Notes: a model not told the origin generated them from the sequence alone. DNA of 64,000 nucleotides from an uncultured Phycisphaerales bacterium (GCA_963758525.1 CAVWVQ010000003.1:1728001-1792000), one strand, 5' to 3'. Counted from the first letter of the stretch, positions 43,815 through 55,061 are shown. Program-made: numbers and translations.

Positions 43815-45950
43815 ATGTCCGCGATGCCGTTGATGGTGGCGATTCTGTGTCTGATGGCGATCGCCTATCGATATTACAGCGCGTTTCTCGCCGCCAAGGT
43901 CGCGGCGCTCGACGACGCGCACGTCACGCCGGCGGTCCTCGTCAACGACGGGCAGAACTTTCATCCGACCAACAAGTGGGTCCTCTTCGGGCATCACTTT
44001 GCCGCCATCAGCGGCGCGGGGCCGCTGATCGGCCCGGTGCTGGCGGCGCAGTTCGGGTATATGCCGGGATTGCTGTGGATTGTCATTGGCGTCTGCCTTG
44101 CCGGTGCCGTGCAGGATTTCCTGGTCCTTGCGGCAAGCATTCGCCGCGGGGGAAAATCGCTGGCGCAGATCGCCCGTGACGAAGCCGGACCGGTCGCCGG
44201 CGTGGCGGCGACCATCGCGATTCTCTTCATTCTCATCATTGCGCTGGCGGGGTTGGGAAAAGTCGTCGTCCGGGCGCTGGGCGGAGAAAATGTGAAATAT
44301 CCGCCCGGAAGCGCCCTGATTCTGCCTGACGGAACCTCCTCGCAGGAGGGAGGCTACGCCCCCGGCGACAATGAGATTCCCGCCAACACGCGCCTCTCGT
44401 GGACCGGCGGCGAAATGACCTTCCCGGAGCACTTTGTGCTTCATTCGGACAAGCCGCTGAGCGCATATACCAAAGGCCAACGCATCACGCTCCCGGCCGA
44501 CGCCTACCGCACGCAGCCGGGCAGCACATGGGGCGTCTTTACCATCGCCAGCACAATTCCCATCGCGCTGTTCGTCGGCTTCTACATGTACAAGATCCGG
44601 CCCAAGCGCGTGCTGGAAGCCTCGCTCATCGGCGCCGCCCTGACACTTTTCGCGACGTTCGCCGGCGGGTGGATCTCGCGTCAGCCGATCGCTTTTCTTT
44701 TTAACTGGAGCGACACCACCGTCGTGATTGCCATGGCAGTCTACGGCTTTGTCGCGGCAGTGCTGCCGGTCTGGGTGCTGCTGACGCCTCGTGATTACCT
44801 CAGCAGTTTTCTCAAGATCGGAACCATCGCGCTGCTCGTGCTCGGCGTGATCATCGCCAATCCAAAGCTCGAAGCCCCCGCGTTCAATCGCGTCTTCGCC
44901 GCCGGCGGCCCGACCGTCGCACGCAGCCTCTTTCCGTTCCTGTTCATCACCATCATGTGCGGCGCGATCAGCGGCTTTCATTCGCTGGTCAGCAGCGGCA
45001 CGACGCCGAAGATGATCATGAAGGAATCGCATGCGCGTATGATCGGATACGGCGCGATGCAGATGGAGGGGCTCGTGGCCGTCGTCGCGATGATCGCCGC
45101 TGCGGCATTGCCGGTTCAGGACTACTACGCGATGAACACCGATCTGTCGCAGGTGCCCAAGTATCACGAGCGAATCGTGCTGATCTCCGGCAACGGGATC
45201 GAGCACGTGCAGGAGTACGAAGTGCTCACGCGCGAGTCGCTCCGCGGCCGAACCGGCGGCGCCGTCACGCTCGCTGTCGGCATGGCCCACATCTTCGACG
45301 GCGCGGCCGGGCGAATCTGGACCGGCGGCTCCAAGGCGCTCGAGACCATGTGGAAATACTGGTACCACTTTGCCGTCATGTTCGAGGCGCTGTTTATCCT
45401 CACCACCATCGACGCGGGAACGCGGATCGGCAGGTTTCTCCTTCAGGAGGTGGCGGGCCGGGTTCACCCCTCGCTGGGCAAAACCGACTGGCTTCCCGGC
45501 GCGCTTGTCAGCACGTTGGTGATCGTTATCGGCTGGGCCTACTTCATCAATGCCAACAGCATGGAAGCGATCTGGCCGATGTTCGGCATCGCCAATCAGA
45601 TGCTGGCCGTCATCGCCCTGGCGGTCGTCAGCGTCTGCCTCGCCAATGATGGGAAAGTTCGCTATCTGTGGGTATCGGCCCTGCCGATGCTCGCGGTCGC
45701 CACGACCACCAGCACCGCATCGGCGCAAATGCTTCTGGGCCTGCTGGACGGAATTCACACACAGCTTCAGAACGCCCCCGCGGTCCGGAATCAAAAGGCC
45801 ATGTTCAACAACAGCTTTCAGGCGGCTCTGATCGCCATCATGCTTCTCTGCACCGCGATCATCGTCATCTGCAGCGCTCGGGCGATCTGGAAAAGACTTT
45901 CCATCGCTGAGCGCACTTTCACCCCTTCTCTGGCGGTAGAGTCCATATGA
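43815..45950 (+). CDS. cstA: carbon starvation protein A (peptide/pyruvate transporter)
   Basis: LFGHHFAAISGAGPLIGP, PRDYLS, CGAISGFH, TTIDAGTR. Confidence 0.93.
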   Translation: MSAMPLMVAILCLMAIAYRYYSAFLAAKVAALDDAHVTPAVLVNDGQNFHPTNKWVLFGHHFAAISGAGPLIGPVLAAQFGYMPGLLWIVIGVCLAGAVQDFLVLAASIRRGGKSLAQIARDEAGPVAGVAATIAILFILIIALAGLGKVVVRALGGENVKYPPGSALILPDGTSSQEGGYAPGDNEIPANTRLSWTGGEMTFPEHFVLHSDKPLSAYTKGQRITLPADAYRTQPGSTWGVFTIASTIPIALFVGFYMYKIRPKRVLEASLIGAALTLFATFAGGWISRQPIAFLFNWSDTTVVIAMAVYGFVAAVLPVWVLLTPRDYLSSFLKIGTIALLVLGVIIANPKLEAPAFNRVFAAGGPTVARSLFPFLFITIMCGAISGFHSLVSSGTTPKMIMKESHARMIGYGAMQMEGLVAVVAMIAAAALPVQDYYAMNTDLSQVPKYHERIVLISGNGIEHVQEYEVLTRESLRGRTGGAVTLAVGMAHIFDGAAGRIWTGGSKALETMWKYWYHFAVMFEALFILTTIDAGTRIGRFLLQEVAGRVHPSLGKTDWLPGALVSTLVIVIGWAYFINANSMEAIWPMFGIANQMLAVIALAVVSVCLANDGKVRYLWVSALPMLAVATTTSTASAQMLLGLLDGIHTQLQNAPAVRNQKAMFNNSFQAALIAIMLLCTAIIVICSARAIWKRLSIAERTFTPSLAVESI

Positions 45951-46924
45951 CCGATCTGGCAATCATCGGCGCGGGCCCGACCGGGCTTTTCGCCACCTAT
46001 TACGCGGGCCTCCGGCAGATGTCCGTCAAGCTCATCGATTCCCTGGAGATCGCCGGCGGACAGCTCACCACGCTCTACCCCGAAAAATACATCTACGACG
46101 TCGCCGGGTTCCCCAAGATTCTCGCCAAGGACCTCGCCGCCGGCCTGCTCGAGCAGGCGATGTTCTACAAGCCGGGAATCTGCCTCGGGGAGCACGTTCA
46201 GGAATTGCGCTTTGACGAAGCCGCCGATCATTATCACCTGGTCACCTCGCGCGACACGCACCCCGTGCGGGCGGTCATCATCGCCGGCGGCATCGGCGCA
46301 TTCGAAGCCAAGACGCTGGCGCTTCCAAACGCGAAACAGTTTGAAGGACGCGGGCTGCACTACTTCGTCAAAAATGTTTCGTCATTCGCCGGCAAGCGCG
46401 TGCTGATCGTCGGCGGCGGAGACAGCGCCTTCGATTGGGGCAACGCGATTGCGCCGATCGCCGCCAAGCTGACGCTCATTCATCGCCGCGATCAGTTTCG
46501 CGCTCACGAGCAGAGCGTCGTCGATTTGAAGCAAAAGCCGGTGGACATCAAGACGTTTCGAGAACTGAAGAGCATCGACGGCAACGGGAAGATCGAACGG
46601 GCCGTCATCGTCGACAATCGCACGCACATCGAGGAATCGCTCGATGTCGATGCCGTGCTCGTCAACATCGGCTTCGTCAGCTCCTTAGGCCCGATCAAGA
46701 ATTGGGATCTGCAACTCGAAGGCGGCCAAATCAAGGTCGACAGCATGATGCACACCAATCGCCCCCGCGTTTTCGCCGCCGGCGACATCTGCACTTACTC
46801 CGGCAAACTAAAGCTCATCGCCACCGGCTTCGGCGAAGCCTGCATTGCGGTGAACTTTGCAAAGCATGCCCTGGATCCCAGTGCTCATATCTTCCCAGGG
46901 CACAGTTCGGCAATTGAGAGATGA
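45947..46924 (+). CDS. ferredoxin--NADP reductase (YumC/TrxB-like)
   Basis: GAGPTG, LYPEKYIYDVAGFP, GGGDSA, GKLKLIATGFGEA. Confidence 0.9.
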   Translation: MTDLAIIGAGPTGLFATYYAGLRQMSVKLIDSLEIAGGQLTTLYPEKYIYDVAGFPKILAKDLAAGLLEQAMFYKPGICLGEHVQELRFDEAADHYHLVTSRDTHPVRAVIIAGGIGAFEAKTLALPNAKQFEGRGLHYFVKNVSSFAGKRVLIVGGGDSAFDWGNAIAPIAAKLTLIHRRDQFRAHEQSVVDLKQKPVDIKTFRELKSIDGNGKIERAVIVDNRTHIEESLDVDAVLVNIGFVSSLGPIKNWDLQLEGGQIKVDSMMHTNRPRVFAAGDICTYSGKLKLIATGFGEACIAVNFAKHALDPSAHIFPGHSSAIER

Positions 46925-46978
46925 CGGGGGCGTAGAAGTCAGAAGCCATGGCAATTAAGCATTGCGAGACAATCACTG

Positions 46979-47007
46979 TTGACTCGCCGGGCAGTTATGC
47001 CGATAGT
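46979..47007 (+). promoter_or_regulatory. putative sigma70 promoter for hairpin RNA / abi
   Basis: TTGACT-17 nt-GATAGT. Confidence 0.45.
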
Positions 47008-47014
47008 CAAATCA

Positions 47015-47070
47015 GCAAACCCGCCGGGCCTCTGCTGCAAAGCATGCTCACTTCGGCGGGTCTTTCTATT
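47015..47070 (+). ncRNA. candidate abiF-like leader/antitoxin RNA hairpin
   Basis: acccgccg...cggcgggt stem followed by ctttctattt, between the promoter and the abi start. Confidence 0.45.
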
Positions 47071-47090
47071 TGCGGGGCACGGGGGAGCTT

Positions 47091-48039
47091 ATGAAATACA
47101 CAAAGCCACCGCTGACTTTTGAACAGCAAGCCGACCTGCTTTCGTCGCGCGGCATGACTGGCGACCGCGCTCAAATTGTCGACCGGCTCGCGGTTGTGAA
47201 TTACTATCGGCTCAGTGGGTATTGGCACACGTTCCGCCAGCTGCCTGAACAGACATTTAAACCCAACACATCGTTCGAGAAGGTCTGGGAAAGGTACGCG
47301 TTCGATCGTCGACTTCGGTTCCTTGTGATGGATGCTGTCGAACGTGTGGAAGTGGCGTTGCGCCAGCCTCGCTTATCAATATGCGCACCATCACAAGGGC
47401 CCGTTCGCGTACGCGGATGATCCTTCTGCGCTGCCAGCTCTCCGGGCCGACGATCGAAACCGATTCCTCGCATCGCTGGCCGATGAAATGCACAACAGCA
47501 AGGAGACGTTCGCCGAACACTTCCGCACGAAGTACGGCAAGGACCATGCATACATGCCCATCTGGATGGCGACGGAAGTCATGACGTTCGGTCATGTTCT
47601 GACTCTCTATCGAGGATCTCCGCAGAATATCAAACGCGCAATTGCGGCGCCCCTTAAGGTCCACGACACGGTGGTCAATTCCTGGCTTCTGATGCTCAAT
47701 ACCATCCGGAACATCTGTGCGCATCACGGGCGTCTTTGGAATCGAAGCCTCGGTGTTCGTCCCATGATTCCCGTCGCCAAGAACGACGCGCGGTGGCACA
47801 CGCCGGTCGCCGTTCGCAACGATCGAATTTTTGGTGTGCTGACAATCCTGAAACACTGCGTTGATTGCGTCGCACCGCAAAGCCAGTGGCCCCAGCGCCT
47901 TCTCGCGCTGCTCGACGAGTACCCATACATTCCCCGCGGCAGCATGGGCTTCCCGAGCGAGTGGAAGAAATGCCCGATTTGGACCTCCGCCTTCCCAGCG
48001 GAGAATACGAACGCCGACACCAGCGGGGGAGCGTCATGA
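47091..48039 (+). CDS. Abi family (AbiD/AbiF, HEPN) protein, frameshift ~47365
   Basis: KPPLTFEQQADLL, NYYRLSGY, FDRRLR, PIWMATE, RNICAHHGRLWN (RxxxxH). Confidence 0.88.
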
Positions 48040-48102
48040 TCTGGCAAAGATCCAGGCGACAATTCGGTTTTGTTTGCCACACAAATCTCACGGGGATGGG
48101 AT

Positions 48103-48690
48103 ATGGCAATTGAGACAGCCTATTACTTCATCCGGGCTAACGGCGGAACGTTTCACGCGAACCCCAAGAACTCGAAGTGCTACGTCCAAGGCGAGCCGGA
48201 CGTAGGACCGAAAGGATATATCAATCATGTTCCGTATTGCCTCGCGCAAGGGATCGCACGGATCGGCTGGCCGGATACCGGAGACATGAGCCGCGACTCC
48301 AAAATCGGGGCACTCAAATCCTGCTATGACCTGGCCTCGCTCAAGCCATACATTCAGCGCTACCTGAACCAGTTCCGCGACATCGAGATCGGCAGCGTCG
48401 TCATCATGCCGGACAAGGACAAGTCCGACCGACTATACATGGGCGACGTTACCGGCGGCTATCACTACTTCCATCGCCTGCCGCAGCACACGTACGAGAA
48501 TGCGCATCGTGTGGCCGTGCGTTGGGATCGGCGCGGTGGCGCTTTCGCGCAATACTCGGCGAGTACCATTGGCCTCAACATCCACGGTGGATTCTTCAGG
48601 CTCGCGTTCCATCGGATTGACGTGACGCAGACGCACAAGCTAATTGACGGCATCAACGCCGCGGGCAGAGAACTGGAAAATGACGGGTGA
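48103..48690 (+). CDS. hypothetical protein resembling N-terminal domains of Mrr/McrB-type proteins
   Basis: IARIGWPDTGD, IEIGSVVIMP, GDVTGGYHY, HRVAVRW; no nuclease domain seen. Confidence 0.5.
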   Translation: MAIETAYYFIRANGGTFHANPKNSKCYVQGEPDVGPKGYINHVPYCLAQGIARIGWPDTGDMSRDSKIGALKSCYDLASLKPYIQRYLNQFRDIEIGSVVIMPDKDKSDRLYMGDVTGGYHYFHRLPQHTYENAHRVAVRWDRRGGAFAQYSASTIGLNIHGGFFRLAFHRIDVTQTHKLIDGINAAGRELENDG

Positions 48691-48889
48691 CTGTCCTGCT
48701 TCGAGAAACCGGGGGAGGATTAGTGGTAGCTGTTCAGAACGCGCTGGCGCTTCTTGGATTCAAATCCGTTATCGACATGGATGACGTAATGAAGAAAGCA
48801 GGAAAGGATGCCTCGCTGCGCGAGGATTTGCGTATTCGTGAGCGGTCGTCGGTGCTCGTCATGGACATCAAGGGTGTTGCCGAAAAGCC

Positions 48890-49048
48890 CTCGGCGTCCG
48901 TGGCGTTTCGAAGAATCTCGAATACGATCGGTTCGGCCAAGCAAGCTTGCGCGTCTGAGACGAAAGTTGAAATCAATGTTTTCAGGACCCGCGGAGAACG
49001 TGTCCGGGTCAGGCCGATCCAGAGATTTGTGTCGAGCAGCTTCGCCAT
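48890..49048 (-). pseudogene. truncated PIN/VapC toxin
   Basis: MAKLLDTNLWI...EPIVFEILR, then resemblance is lost after ~53 aa. Confidence 0.65.
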
Positions 49049-49344
49049 TCACTTTCGCCAGGCTTTTGCCCCCCCGCCGCCGATTGTCGATCCGCCTCTT
49101 GCGCCGCCTCATAGCCGCTCAACTCCACGCCCCACTCGCCGGAAATAAATTTTCGCGTGAGTTCGGCCCGGCGTCTTAGCGTTGCCTTGCCGGCCTTCAC
49201 AGCGGTGACCGACCCTGGCGCCGTCGCGCTCAGTCCCTTGCGGAGCAATTCCGCCATTGCGTCCTTGAGCTTCTTCCCCTCGTTGACTGCGTGAAGTTTG
49301 ATCTCTTTCACCAGATCGTCCGGCAAATCCAAGGTGGTCTTCAT
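49009..49344 (-). CDS. VapB-like antitoxin
   Basis: MKTTLDLPDDLVKEIKLHA...LKDAMAELLRKGL, upstream of the PIN gene. Confidence 0.7.
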   Translation of the reverse strand: MKTTLDLPDDLVKEIKLHAVNEGKKLKDAMAELLRKGLSATAPGSVTAVKAGKATLRRRAELTRKFISGEWGVELSGYEAAQEADRQSAAGGQKPGESEWRSCSTQISGSA

Positions 49345-49384
49345 CCGCCCATTTTGTTGATTTTCCCGGCTTTTTGTCAAATTA

Positions 49385-49971
49385 AGACGCTTGATGGCTT
49401 TGTGATCCGCAACTGTGACGCCGGACCACTCCTGATGGATGATGTTGGTGAGGATGGCGAATTCCTCCCCCTCCTTGATCTCGTGACCGGCCCAGTAATC
49501 GGTGAGCTTATTGCGGGTTTCCTGCCCGGTCATGCGCTGCTGAATCCACTTCGCGCTGCGACCCTGTTTCTGCCAGGTTTCGCGGGCGCGATCGAGTGCC
49601 TGGGCGGGATCAGACATTTCCTGCATGCGTTCATATCCCACCTTCGCGAGCCAGAGCTTGATCGGCTCGGCCTTGGGACTAGGAACGCTTTGGACGAGCC
49701 GCAGGAGGGTTTCAGCAGAAGCGACATCCGTGAGCCGCATTTTCCCGTCGTCAGCGGGAAGTTTGAACTGGTAACAGTTTGTTACCAGTTGACTGCCTTC
49801 CTTCGCCAACCGACCTTTCAGTACCTTCCAGTATTTTCTGGCCGCCTGGAAATCAGGTTGCTGAGTTAGCACCTGGATGATGTCCACAACCGAGAAAAGC
49901 CAGGCTTGAGTCTTCTCATCGTAGAGCCGTCGTATATTCTGGTTTTCAAACTGAACGGGCAGATTCTTCAT
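49385..49971 (-). pseudogene. truncated BRO-N/antirepressor-like protein, read in frame into vapB
   Basis: WLFSVVDII, KYWKVLKGRL, QSVPSPKAEPIKLWLA, RNKLTDYW, FAILTNII. Confidence 0.7.
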
Positions 49972-50165
49972 TAGAACTCCCTGATCTTTGACAGCGCTTC
50001 CGCGCGCTGGGCGTCGAGAGTAGCGATCTCGTCCATGACTCCCCTGCGGCGTGCGGCGAGCGACCTCCTCGTTGCCGTTGGGGTTATTCGCGGACAGGTG
50101 GAAGGTGGTCGATTCTTCGAGCGTCTTCACGTCAGCTGCCCATGAGTCGGGCGAGTCCTTTTCTC
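49971..50165 (-). pseudogene. remnant of type I R-M HsdM C-terminus
   Basis: DSPDSWAADVK..TFHLSANNPNG..RTPQ / MDEIATLDAQRAEALSKIREF* across a frameshift. Confidence 0.55.
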
Positions 50166-50282
50166 CGGCGCAAGAGTCAGAAACGCCGCGGAGTCGTGTT
50201 TATTGCAACTGGTGGGCTCGCCCACCGTGTCCGTTTGCGGACGCACGGAAACGGCGGGTAAGGTGCGCCGGCTAAACGCCCG

Positions 50283-51993
50283 TCAATTCTCCTGCGGCGC
50301 CAGCGGCGTTTGCACTGCCAGATCCAATGCCTTGGCGACCCTTCCAATCACTTCATCCCAGTCCCCCGCCTTTTGCTGGCGGAACAGTCGCATCGTCGGA
50401 TACCACGGCGTGTCCTCGCGCTCCAGCAGCCAGCGATAGTCGGGACGAAACGGAAGCATCACCCACACCGGCTTTCCCATCGCGCCGGCCAGGTGGGCGA
50501 TGGAAGTATCGACGCAGATCACCAGATCCAGTTGAGACACCAGGCCGGCCGTATCGGCAAAATCGCTGATGTGGCCGGTGAGATCGGCCAGTTTCATCCC
50601 TGCTGGGGGGGTTGCCGTCTGCTCGGAGCCGCACCCAGTTGCAGACTGAAAAACTGCACGTCGGGCCGCGACAGCGGAGCCAGCATTTCAAGGCTGACGG
50701 ACCGGGCACGATCATCCACGTGCACGGCCGAGCCCACCCACGTCAGCCCCACCTTCAACTGCTTCCCGCTGGCTGACACCAGCCCGCGCCAATGTTCCTC
50801 CGACTGCGGATCGGCGTGCAGATAAGGCACCGGCGAAGGAATCTTCGCGGGATCGCCCATTCCCAACGCCATCGGAAGCGAGAGCAGCGGGAGATGAACG
50901 TCAAATGCGACCGGCGGCGGCGCGCCCTGCTCGTCCTGCACCACCACCGATTCGGCGCCGAGATCCGTTTCGTTTTGAAACAGCCGCAACAGCGCCGGCT
51001 TGACCTCGATCACCACGCGCCCGCCCCGCCGCTGCACGTGTGGCGCAAAGCGCACAAACTGGATCGCGTCGCCCAACCCCTGCTCGCCGTGCAGCAGAAT
51101 CGTCAGGCCGTTCAGCTGCGCCCCGTTCCATTGCGGCTGGGAGAAATTGCGGGGGACGCTGGGAAAATTTGGCTTGCGCAGCGCCACTCGTGCTCTCGCC
51201 AGCCTTCGTCGAACTGCCCGATCGTCAGCAGCGCCATCGACAGATTCGAATGCGCTTCGGCGTAATCCGGCCGCAGCGCGATCGCCCGGCGGTAACACGC
51301 GATTCCTTCCTCAAAGCGATTCTGATTCACCAGCGCGTTGCCGAGGTTCAGATGCGGCTCAGGGTAATTCGGATCGGCGGCGATCGCCCGCCGGCAATAT
51401 TCCGCGGATTCTTCGGCCTGACCGGCTTCGCGCAGCACATCGCCGAGATTGTTGAACAGCGCCGCGGAGTTAGGCTCCAGCTCGAGCCCGCGCCGGTAGA
51501 CGTCGATCGCTTCATCGGTGCGTCCCAGCATTTTCAGGGCCGCGCCGAGGTTGAGGTAGGGAAGCGTGAAATCCGGCCGCAGCGCCAGCGCCCGCCGGTA
51601 ACAATCCGCCGCCTCCTCAAATTCACCTTTCACGTGAAACGCGTAGCCGAGGTTGTAGTGTGCTTCAGGAAGATTCGGCTGCAGCGCCAGCGCCTGCCGC
51701 GAACATTCCATCGCCTCATCCCATTTTGCATGGCTCTGCAGCACCAGGGCGAGATTGCCATACGCAATCGCATTATTGGGCTGCAGCGCAATCACTCGGC
51801 GGAGCAGCGCCGCGGCGTCGGGATGACGAACCTGATGGGCGATCAACCCGAGCAGGTGCAGCGCATCAGCCTGGTTTGGATCCTGACCGAGCAACTGCCG
51901 GCAGATCGCCTCCGACTGCTGGAGCTGGCCCGCCTGGTAGTGGGTCAGCGCAATCTGAATAGCCTGTTCAAAGGTAACTTGCGTCGTGGTCAT
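50283..51993 (-). CDS. TPR-repeat protein with C-terminal GT9-like domain, two frameshifts
   Basis: TPRs; EQGLGDAIQFVR, LLSLP, DFADTA, VDTSIAHLAGAMG, PWYPTMRLFRQ. Confidence 0.88.
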
Positions 51994-52299
51994 AAGAAGC
52001 AGTTCATTTTCTCGTACAATTTCGGCACAATTGCGGAGAGATGTTCCCCTTTTTCGAACCGGATCAGAGCATCTCCAACCATAATACGCGCTGACGGGCG
52101 GACAGCCTAGATGCTGCGGCGTTTACGTCGTGCATGGGTGCCTGAGACTTTCCCCGGGGCGGATCTATCCCAGCCGCTCACGTCCAGCAACCTGCGCGCC
52201 TTACAATCATTATTACCGGCAACCGGGCAAAGAGTCCTCTAAGAAAAGAGTTGTTTCTTCGTCATGCCTGCAGGGAGCGACAATTTCGCGGGAGAGCGA

Positions 52300-52875
52300 A
52301 TGGGCGATCGCAGCGCAGGCAGCGACGTGGAGTGGATCCGCGCGGCGGTCCGCGACTACGAGCGCAAGCTCATCGCCTATGCCGCGCACCTCGTCGGGAA
52401 TCGCGAGCGCGGACGCGATATTGCTCAGGAAGCGTTCGTACGACTCTGCGGCCAGGACCGCGCGCAGATCGAGCCGCGATTGGCGGAGTGGCTTTTCACC
52501 GTCTGTCGCAACCTCTGTATTGATGTGCGCCGCAAGGAACGCCGGATGAAACCGCTGGCCCAGGAACAAGCGGAGTTACGCCTCAGCCCTGCAGCCGACC
52601 CCTGCGCAGCTCTCGAACACGAGGAAGCCGTTGCCGGCGCGCTGGCCGCGCTACAGACATTGACGGCCAATCAGCAGGAAGTGATCCGATTGAAGTTTCA
52701 ACACGGACTTTCATACAAGGAGATTGCACAGGTAACCGCGCTGAGTGTGACCAACGTCGGTTTCCTGATGCACACCGGATTGAAGATTCTGCGCAGCAGG
52801 CTGCAGGACGCGGGACAAGCCAACGCGGTTACGAAAAGGCTGGTGCCGTCGGCGGGCAACTCTGCTGAAGATTAA
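52300..52875 (+). CDS. ECF sigma factor
   Basis: DIAQEAFVRL, WLFTVCRN, QEVIRLKFQHGLSYKEIA. Confidence 0.92.
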   Translation: MGDRSAGSDVEWIRAAVRDYERKLIAYAAHLVGNRERGRDIAQEAFVRLCGQDRAQIEPRLAEWLFTVCRNLCIDVRRKERRMKPLAQEQAELRLSPAADPCAALEHEEAVAGALAALQTLTANQQEVIRLKFQHGLSYKEIAQVTALSVTNVGFLMHTGLKILRSRLQDAGQANAVTKRLVPSAGNSAED

Positions 52876-52904
52876 TTGAGGGTTCGCACTTTGGATTGGA
52901 ATGT

Positions 52905-55061
52905 ATGGCGCTGCCGAACATTGATGACATGAAACTGACCGCATACGCGCTGGGCGAGCTTGACGACGCTGACCGCGCGAATGCAGAGATCATGCTGCGC
53001 AACAGCGCCTTCGCGCGGCGCTACGTTCAGAGCGTGCGCGCAATGGCTCTGCAACTGTCCGAGGAGCTGGCTGGGGAAACCGTGGAAGGATTGACCGCGA
53101 TCCAACGCGCTTCGCTGGAGCAGCGCATCGGCCAGGCCGCGGCACGCGAGCCGGCGGCGGTGCGGACTCACCGGCGATGGAATCGCGCCGTGCTGGCGGG
53201 CTGCATCGCTGCGTCGATCCTGATCGTGGGGACGTCGGCCGCGCTGATGTTGCCGCCGCTGTATCGGCAATTCAGCGCGAAGCCGGACGAACGTGGGGCC
53301 GTGGGACATGTTCCCTATATCATCACCGATGGCACGGCGCCGGTATCGTCGCTGCCGGGTGCGGAGAATCTGCCGAGCCCGCGTCCCGTCACCCCGAAGA
53401 TCGATACGCCCGAAGATGCCGCAGCCTGGACCGGCTCGGCTCGCGGCCCGAATGTAAACGGCGCGGCGCTGCTCCTGACGACAATCCCGTTGTGGGCGCG
53501 GCGCACCCGGCATCAACCGGCGGTCCGATCGTGACGCCACGCCTGGTCAGCGGCGGGCCGCGTCCGTGGAACGGCGGCGAAGCAGTTGCGGTCAATCCCC
53601 TCGTTCATTCCCATTCCAGCAGCGGACCCGGATCGGATTGGTTCGGCGAGTATGCGTCGCGCTCGGCCTTCCCGGTGGCCGCGAATTCGCGAGGGAGCGC
53701 GACGCCACCGGCGGACACCGACGCCTACGACCGCTTTACAGACAACCCGTTCCAATCAGCGGCGGAGCACCCGCTCTCGGCATTCGCCCCGGAGGTCGGC
53801 TTCGCGTCATACTGCAACATCCGCCGCTCGCTTGCCGCCGGAAAGTTGCCGCCCGCCGACGCCGTGCGGGTGGAGGAGGTGCTGAATTACTTTTCCTGGC
53901 ATGCGCCAAAGCCGTCGGCAGACAGCGCGATGTCCGGCGCGATCGAGCTGAGCGCGTGCCCCTGGAACGGGCAGCATCGTCTTGCGCGGATCATTCTTCA
54001 GACGCGGGACATCCCGCCGCAGACGCGGCCGCCCGTGAATCTGGTCTTTCTCGTTGATGTCTCCGGCCCGATGGGCGCGGGCGGCAAGCTGCCGTTGATT
54101 CAGCGCGGGCTCAAGCTGCTGCTGTCGCAACTGGGAAGCCGCGATCGGCTTGCCATCGTCGCGACGCCGCAGGCGGAAGGATTTCTGCTGCCGCCGACTC
54201 CCGGCGATCAGCATCGCACGATTCTCGACGCGATCGACCGCCTCCGCAGCGGCGGCGGTCCCGCCGCCGGCGCGGGTTTGGAGACCGCCTACTACGCCGC
54301 CGCTTCCAGCTTCATCTCCGCCGGCATCAACCGCGTTGTGCTCATGACCGACGGGCAATGGCTCGCGGGAACCAGCAACCCCAACGGCTTGACCAGCGCC
54401 ATCCAGCAAGGCGCCAGCGCCGGCATCACCCTCGGCGTCGTAGCTGTCTCGCCAGCACATCTCGATGACGCGGCGTTGCGACACCTGGCGGCCGCTGGAA
54501 ATGGGACACTCTCGGTCGTCGATGGATCGACCGACGCGCGCAAGGCGCTGTTCAACCTCGCCAACGGATCGCTTATTGCGGCGGCCAGGGATGTTCGGAT
54601 CACGGTGAAGGTGAACCCGATCGCCGTCGAGTCTTACCGCCTCATCGGCTACGAATCACATCTATTGCCCAACGCCCGCCCCCAAAATCAGACCGGCGGA
54701 GATATTGGCGCGGGCCACGCCGTCACTGCGCTGTATGAACTGGTCCCCGCCAGGGGCGCCGACGGCTCGCCGCTGGCGGTTCGCGTCCGCTTCAAGCGGC
54801 CCGGCTCGGATGCCGACGAGTCTCTCGATCTTTCGGCGCCGCTGCGATCGGCGCCGCTCTCCACCGCGTCGAATGATTTCTATTTCGCCTCGTCCGTGGC
54901 GGAGTTCGCGATGCTGCTCGCGCCTTTCGAACGATGCCGGCTCGGCTTCCTTCGCCAGCGCGATCGATCTCGCCCAGCGCGGCCGAGGGCCCGACGAAGA
55001 CGGCAGCCGCACGGAGTTCGCCGCGTTGCTGCGTCGAGCGAGCGCGATCGCCGGGCATTAG
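52905..55061 (+). CDS. anti-sigma-like TM protein fused to a vWA (YfbK-like) domain, frameshifted
   Basis: LTAYALGELD, TM helix, SYCNIRR, VRVEEVLNYF, FLVDVSG, TDG, YRLIGYE, GAGHAVTALYE. Confidence 0.8.

Noticed and set aside
43794..45962. 722-aa antisense ORF, and similar long shadows (e.g. 1072-2331, 2946-4652, 8365-9648)
   Set aside because: Opposite well-supported genes; typical high-GC shadow ORFs with no motifs
46996..47002. TATGCC in the abi promoter as a second target of the mini-array spacer
   Set aside because: Only 6 contiguous matches; expected by chance
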